Shown here piece after piece: positions 61,356-64,000 of a stretch of 64,000 nucleotides of DNA (positions are counted from its first letter, which is position 1; each line of letters begins with the position of its first letter). Under the pieces are notes generated by a model that ran no database searches, was not told the DNA's origin, and was given only the letters and a program-made list of their open reading frames with translations. A program made the translations under genes and the position numbers. This DNA comes from Acidobacteriota bacterium (lineage in GTDB: Bacteria > Acidobacteriota > UBA6911 > RPQK01 > JAJDTT01), in contig OZ253580.1 of the NCBI GenBank assembly GCA_965263035.1, positions 4,448,001-4,512,000 of the forward strand, written 5' to 3'.

Positions 61356-62414
61356 TCATGCCCTTCCGGCCAATTTCAACCAAAGGGTTTCGAAGCAGAA
61401 GAGGGGCTGAACGTTCCTGTCCAGATCCTCGCGTGCCTCCCGGAGATGGTATAGGAGATCCCGAATCCAGTCCAGATCGACTCTTTCCGCCAGTTCCAGC
61501 AACCGCTCCCGGCGATCCAGGTTCACCAATCTGGACTCGGTCCCGGTTCGAAGGAAATAAAGGTCTTCACCCAGATGCCTCAATGTTTCCAGATGTTCTC
61601 GAACTCGGTCCCGGCTCTTGAGGTCCCTGCGCAAGGGTTCTTCCTCACAGGCCTCGAAGAGTTGGGTGAAGGAGGCGTTCGACAGCCACTGTTGGAGCAC
61701 GGTCAGAACCCGGTCCCGGTCCTGCAGCGTTTGCTCCAGGTCCAACCGCAGGGCTCGTCCGATGCTTCCCCCGGCGAATGCCGCCCGTTGCTCCGCCTCT
61801 TCCGCTCCATATCGGATCTCGAGATAATTTCTGAGCTGGTTGCGTGTCAAGGGTCGGAAAACGAAGAGTTGGCATCTGGATCGAATGGTTGGGAGGAGCT
61901 GGTTGGGGAAGGCCGTCGTCAGGATGATCCGGCTGGTCTCGGCCGGTTCTTCCAGCGTCTTGAGGATGGAGTTGGCGGCTTCCCGGGTCATCTTTTCCGC
62001 CTGGTCCACGATGAAGACTCGGCAGGCTCCTTGAAAGGGCCGGAAACGGGCCTCTCGGGTCAACTGCCGGATGGTCTCGATCCTGATGGAAGTGCCGGTG
62101 GCCTGGAAGAGGCGGATGTCCGGATGGTTGCCTCCGGCCACCTTCGAGCACGATTCGCAGTTTCCACAGAAGTCCTCTCCAAGCCGGTTTCTGCAGTCGG
62201 TCCGGGTGGCCAGGCCCAGTGCCAGGGTCTTCTTGCCGACTCCTTCGGGCCCGGCAAAGAGGGCGGATTGGGGTAGGGAAGCTCTCTTCACCCGGCTGAC
62301 GAGCTCCTGGTTCCCGATGAAATCCTGCAGACGCACCAGGCTGTACCCTGACGACAGGCCGGAACCGGAAACCTCGGACGAACTGCGCTTGGCGGCGCGA
62401 CGCTTGGCGGCCAT
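61356..62414 (-). CDS. holB: DNA polymerase III delta-prime subunit
   Basis: LFAGPEGVGK, CGNCESC, HPD, ANSILKTLEEP, TIRSRC. Confidence 0.93.
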   Translation of the reverse strand: MAAKRRAAKRSSSEVSGSGLSSGYSLVRLQDFIGNQELVSRVKRASLPQSALFAGPEGVGKKTLALGLATRTDCRNRLGEDFCGNCESCSKVAGGNHPDIRLFQATGTSIRIETIRQLTREARFRPFQGACRVFIVDQAEKMTREAANSILKTLEEPAETSRIILTTAFPNQLLPTIRSRCQLFVFRPLTRNQLRNYLEIRYGAEEAEQRAAFAGGSIGRALRLDLEQTLQDRDRVLTVLQQWLSNASFTQLFEACEEEPLRRDLKSRDRVREHLETLRHLGEDLYFLRTGTESRLVNLDRRERLLELAERVDLDWIRDLLYHLREAREDLDRNVQPLFCFETLWLKLAGRA

Positions 62415-62456
62415 CTCTTCTTCTTGCCGGCGGCCTCTCCTGGCGAGCAGTGTGGG

Positions 62457-63095
62457 CTAGCCGATCAGTGCTTTCCCCTCCAGTTCGGCCAGCAGTTTTT
62501 CCAGAGTCTCTTGTGGATTCCCGGAAGCGTCAACCAGCGAGATCCGATCCGGATCCCGCTGTGCCAGCAGTCGATAACCCTCTCGGACCCGCCGGTGGAA
62601 CCGCATGGTTTCGGCTTCGAAGCGGCCCCAAACCTGATTGCCCTCGACGGCATTCCTCCTGCGGGCGCGCGCCAACCCGGATTCCACCCCCAGATCCAGG
62701 ATCAGAGTCAGATCGGGCATGCGGATCCGGAGAGGGCGGGCCAGCTCATCGACCAGGGAGAACCCGATGCCGCGGGCATACCCCTGGTAGGCTAGCGTCG
62801 CGGCGTGGTAGCGATCGCAGAGGACCGTTCGTCCCTGTTGGAGCGCCGGTTCGATCACCTCCGCCAGATGTTGGAACCGGTCCGCCAAGTACAGCAGAAG
62901 TTCGGCCTCGGCCTCCCGGCTGGGTCCTTTGGATTCCAGAAGGATGCGGCGCAGTCGGGATCCGAAGGGAGTCCCGCCCGGCTCCCGGGTCACGACGATC
63001 GGGATATTGCGTCTCTTGAACTCCTCGGACAGCAGCTGCAGCTGCAGCGTCTTTCCCGATCCCTCGATGCCTTCGAGTGCAATGAATCGGCCCAC
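62457..63095 (-). CDS. tmk: Thymidylate kinase
   Basis: FIALEGIEGSGKT, TREPGG, CDRY, AYQG; GTG start at 63095. Confidence 0.96.
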   Translation of the reverse strand: MGRFIALEGIEGSGKTLQLQLLSEEFKRRNIPIVVTREPGGTPFGSRLRRILLESKGPSREAEAELLLYLADRFQHLAEVIEPALQQGRTVLCDRYHAATLAYQGYARGIGFSLVDELARPLRIRMPDLTLILDLGVESGLARARRRNAVEGNQVWGRFEAETMRFHRRVREGYRLLAQRDPDRISLVDASGNPQETLEKLLAELEGKALIG

Positions 63096-63194
63096 AGGGC
63101 CTCCGCCGATGCCGAGAAGCACGCCCTCCACCTCGTCCTGAAACAAGGGTTGGTCATAGTACCATATGATTCGGTGGGTGAAGCTTGTGGAATA

Positions 63195-63356
63195 TCAGTC
63201 CGTGGTGAAAGTCCCGCGAGCACCGAGACCGTTCCTGCGCCCGCCGGACCAGGCGCAACGGAGGGAGCAGACCGGGAGTATGTGAGCCGATAGCAACGCA
63301 GTCCGCGCACGATGCGGGGACGGTCGAATGCCGCGACGACTTTTGCCACGGGCTGA
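63195..63356 (+). mobile_element. Family A element, copy A5 (162 bp, TA duplication)
   Basis: TA|TCAGTCCGTGGTGAAAGTC...GACTTTTGCCACGGGCTGA|TA in the divergent tmk/yggS intergenic region. Confidence 0.92.
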
Positions 63357-63420
63357 TATGGCGCGCGCGCGCCGATCTCCATGAGCGCTCACCGATTCAC
63401 CTCGGCTATACTGGCTGTCA

Positions 63421-64000
63421 ATGCAGGATTTGAGATCCCGTCTGGAGAGTCTGCTGGATGAAATCGACCGGACGGCCCGGTCCTGCGGTCGAGACGGACG
63501 CGACATTCAGCTCCTGGCCGTGACCAAGGTGTTTCCCGCCCCGGTCGTTTCCAACGCCGTCGCGGCCGGCCAGACCCGGTTCGGCGAGAATCGGGTTCTG
63601 GAGGCCGCGGCCAAGATTCCTGCCGTGGGCGGCCCCGCATTGGAGTGGCATCTGATCGGCCATCTCCAATCCAACAAGGTGCGCCGGGCGGTTCAGATCT
63701 TCGACGTGATCCAGACTCTGGACAGCGAGAAGCTCATCTCAAAGGTTGCCCGATGCGCCCGAGAGATGGGAAAGGTCCTCTCCATCTATATCCAGGTCAA
63801 TCTTGGCCAGGAGACGCAAAAGCACGGCGCCGACCCCGAAGCCGTGGCACAGCTCGTGCGGCTGGTGGATCGGTCGCCGCCTCTGGTCCTCCGAGGCCTG
63901 ATGGCGATTCCACCCTATGCCGTGGACCCGGAAGCCTCGAGACCCTATTTTCGGCAGTTGGCCCGATTGGCCCGGGAAGTCAGCCGATCCCGACCGGAAC
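63421..64000 (+). CDS. yggS: YggS family PLP-binding protein (3' end outside the window)
   Basis: Manual translation: LLAVTK, FGENRVLE, WHLIGHLQSNK, IQVNLGQETQKHG, LRGLMAIPP. Confidence 0.95.
   Translation, partial: MQDLRSRLESLLDEIDRTARSCGRDGRDIQLLAVTKVFPAPVVSNAVAAGQTRFGENRVLEAAAKIPAVGGPALEWHLIGHLQSNKVRRAVQIFDVIQTLDSEKLISKVARCAREMGKVLSIYIQVNLGQETQKHGADPEAVAQLVRLVDRSPPLVLRGLMAIPPYAVDPEASRPYFRQLARLAREVSRSRPE

Overview
GC-rich bacterial chromosomal window, most consistent with an Acidobacteriota genome (Oar-type TonB receptor, acidobacterial VWA protein, orphan FtsX-type permease, atypical Hfq); the taxon is inferred, not proven. The first ~22 kb is an accessory/catabolic region: TonB receptor, POT transporter, cyclase, LLM monooxygenase, MlrC peptidase, PQQ dehydrogenase, secreted KatG and a diheme cytochrome c. 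The rest is mostly core genes (ntrYX-xerC-rpsO-pnp-larB-dnaG-rpoD-tRNA-Ile2, rlmB, eno, gpmI, glycosyltransferases, rmlA/B, smpB, pepA, hfq-like, ricT-holB-tmk, yggS) plus a sigma54-linked envelope cluster (OM barrel, PDZ histidine kinase, bEBP, ExbB, two ExbD, TPR). The strongest non-genic signal is two families of ~161-bp palindromic miniature elements: family A (5 full and 2 partial copies, ERIC-like, TA duplication) and family B (3 full, 1 internally deleted, 1 end fragment). They differ in most of their sequence but share length, central hairpin motif and an oriented U-G terminal asymmetry. One family A copy splits an otherwise intact ~1017-aa TonB-dependent receptor. Other oddities: a Zn-ribbon/EVE-like fusion, decayed EF-Ts and MmeI-type remnants, a CX4CH heme motif, a degenerate Fic protein, an unannotated 48-aa Zn-ribbon ORF and orphan operator-like palindromes. 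No CRISPR array, rRNA or transposase was seen. All family assignments come from motif recognition by eye, not database searches.
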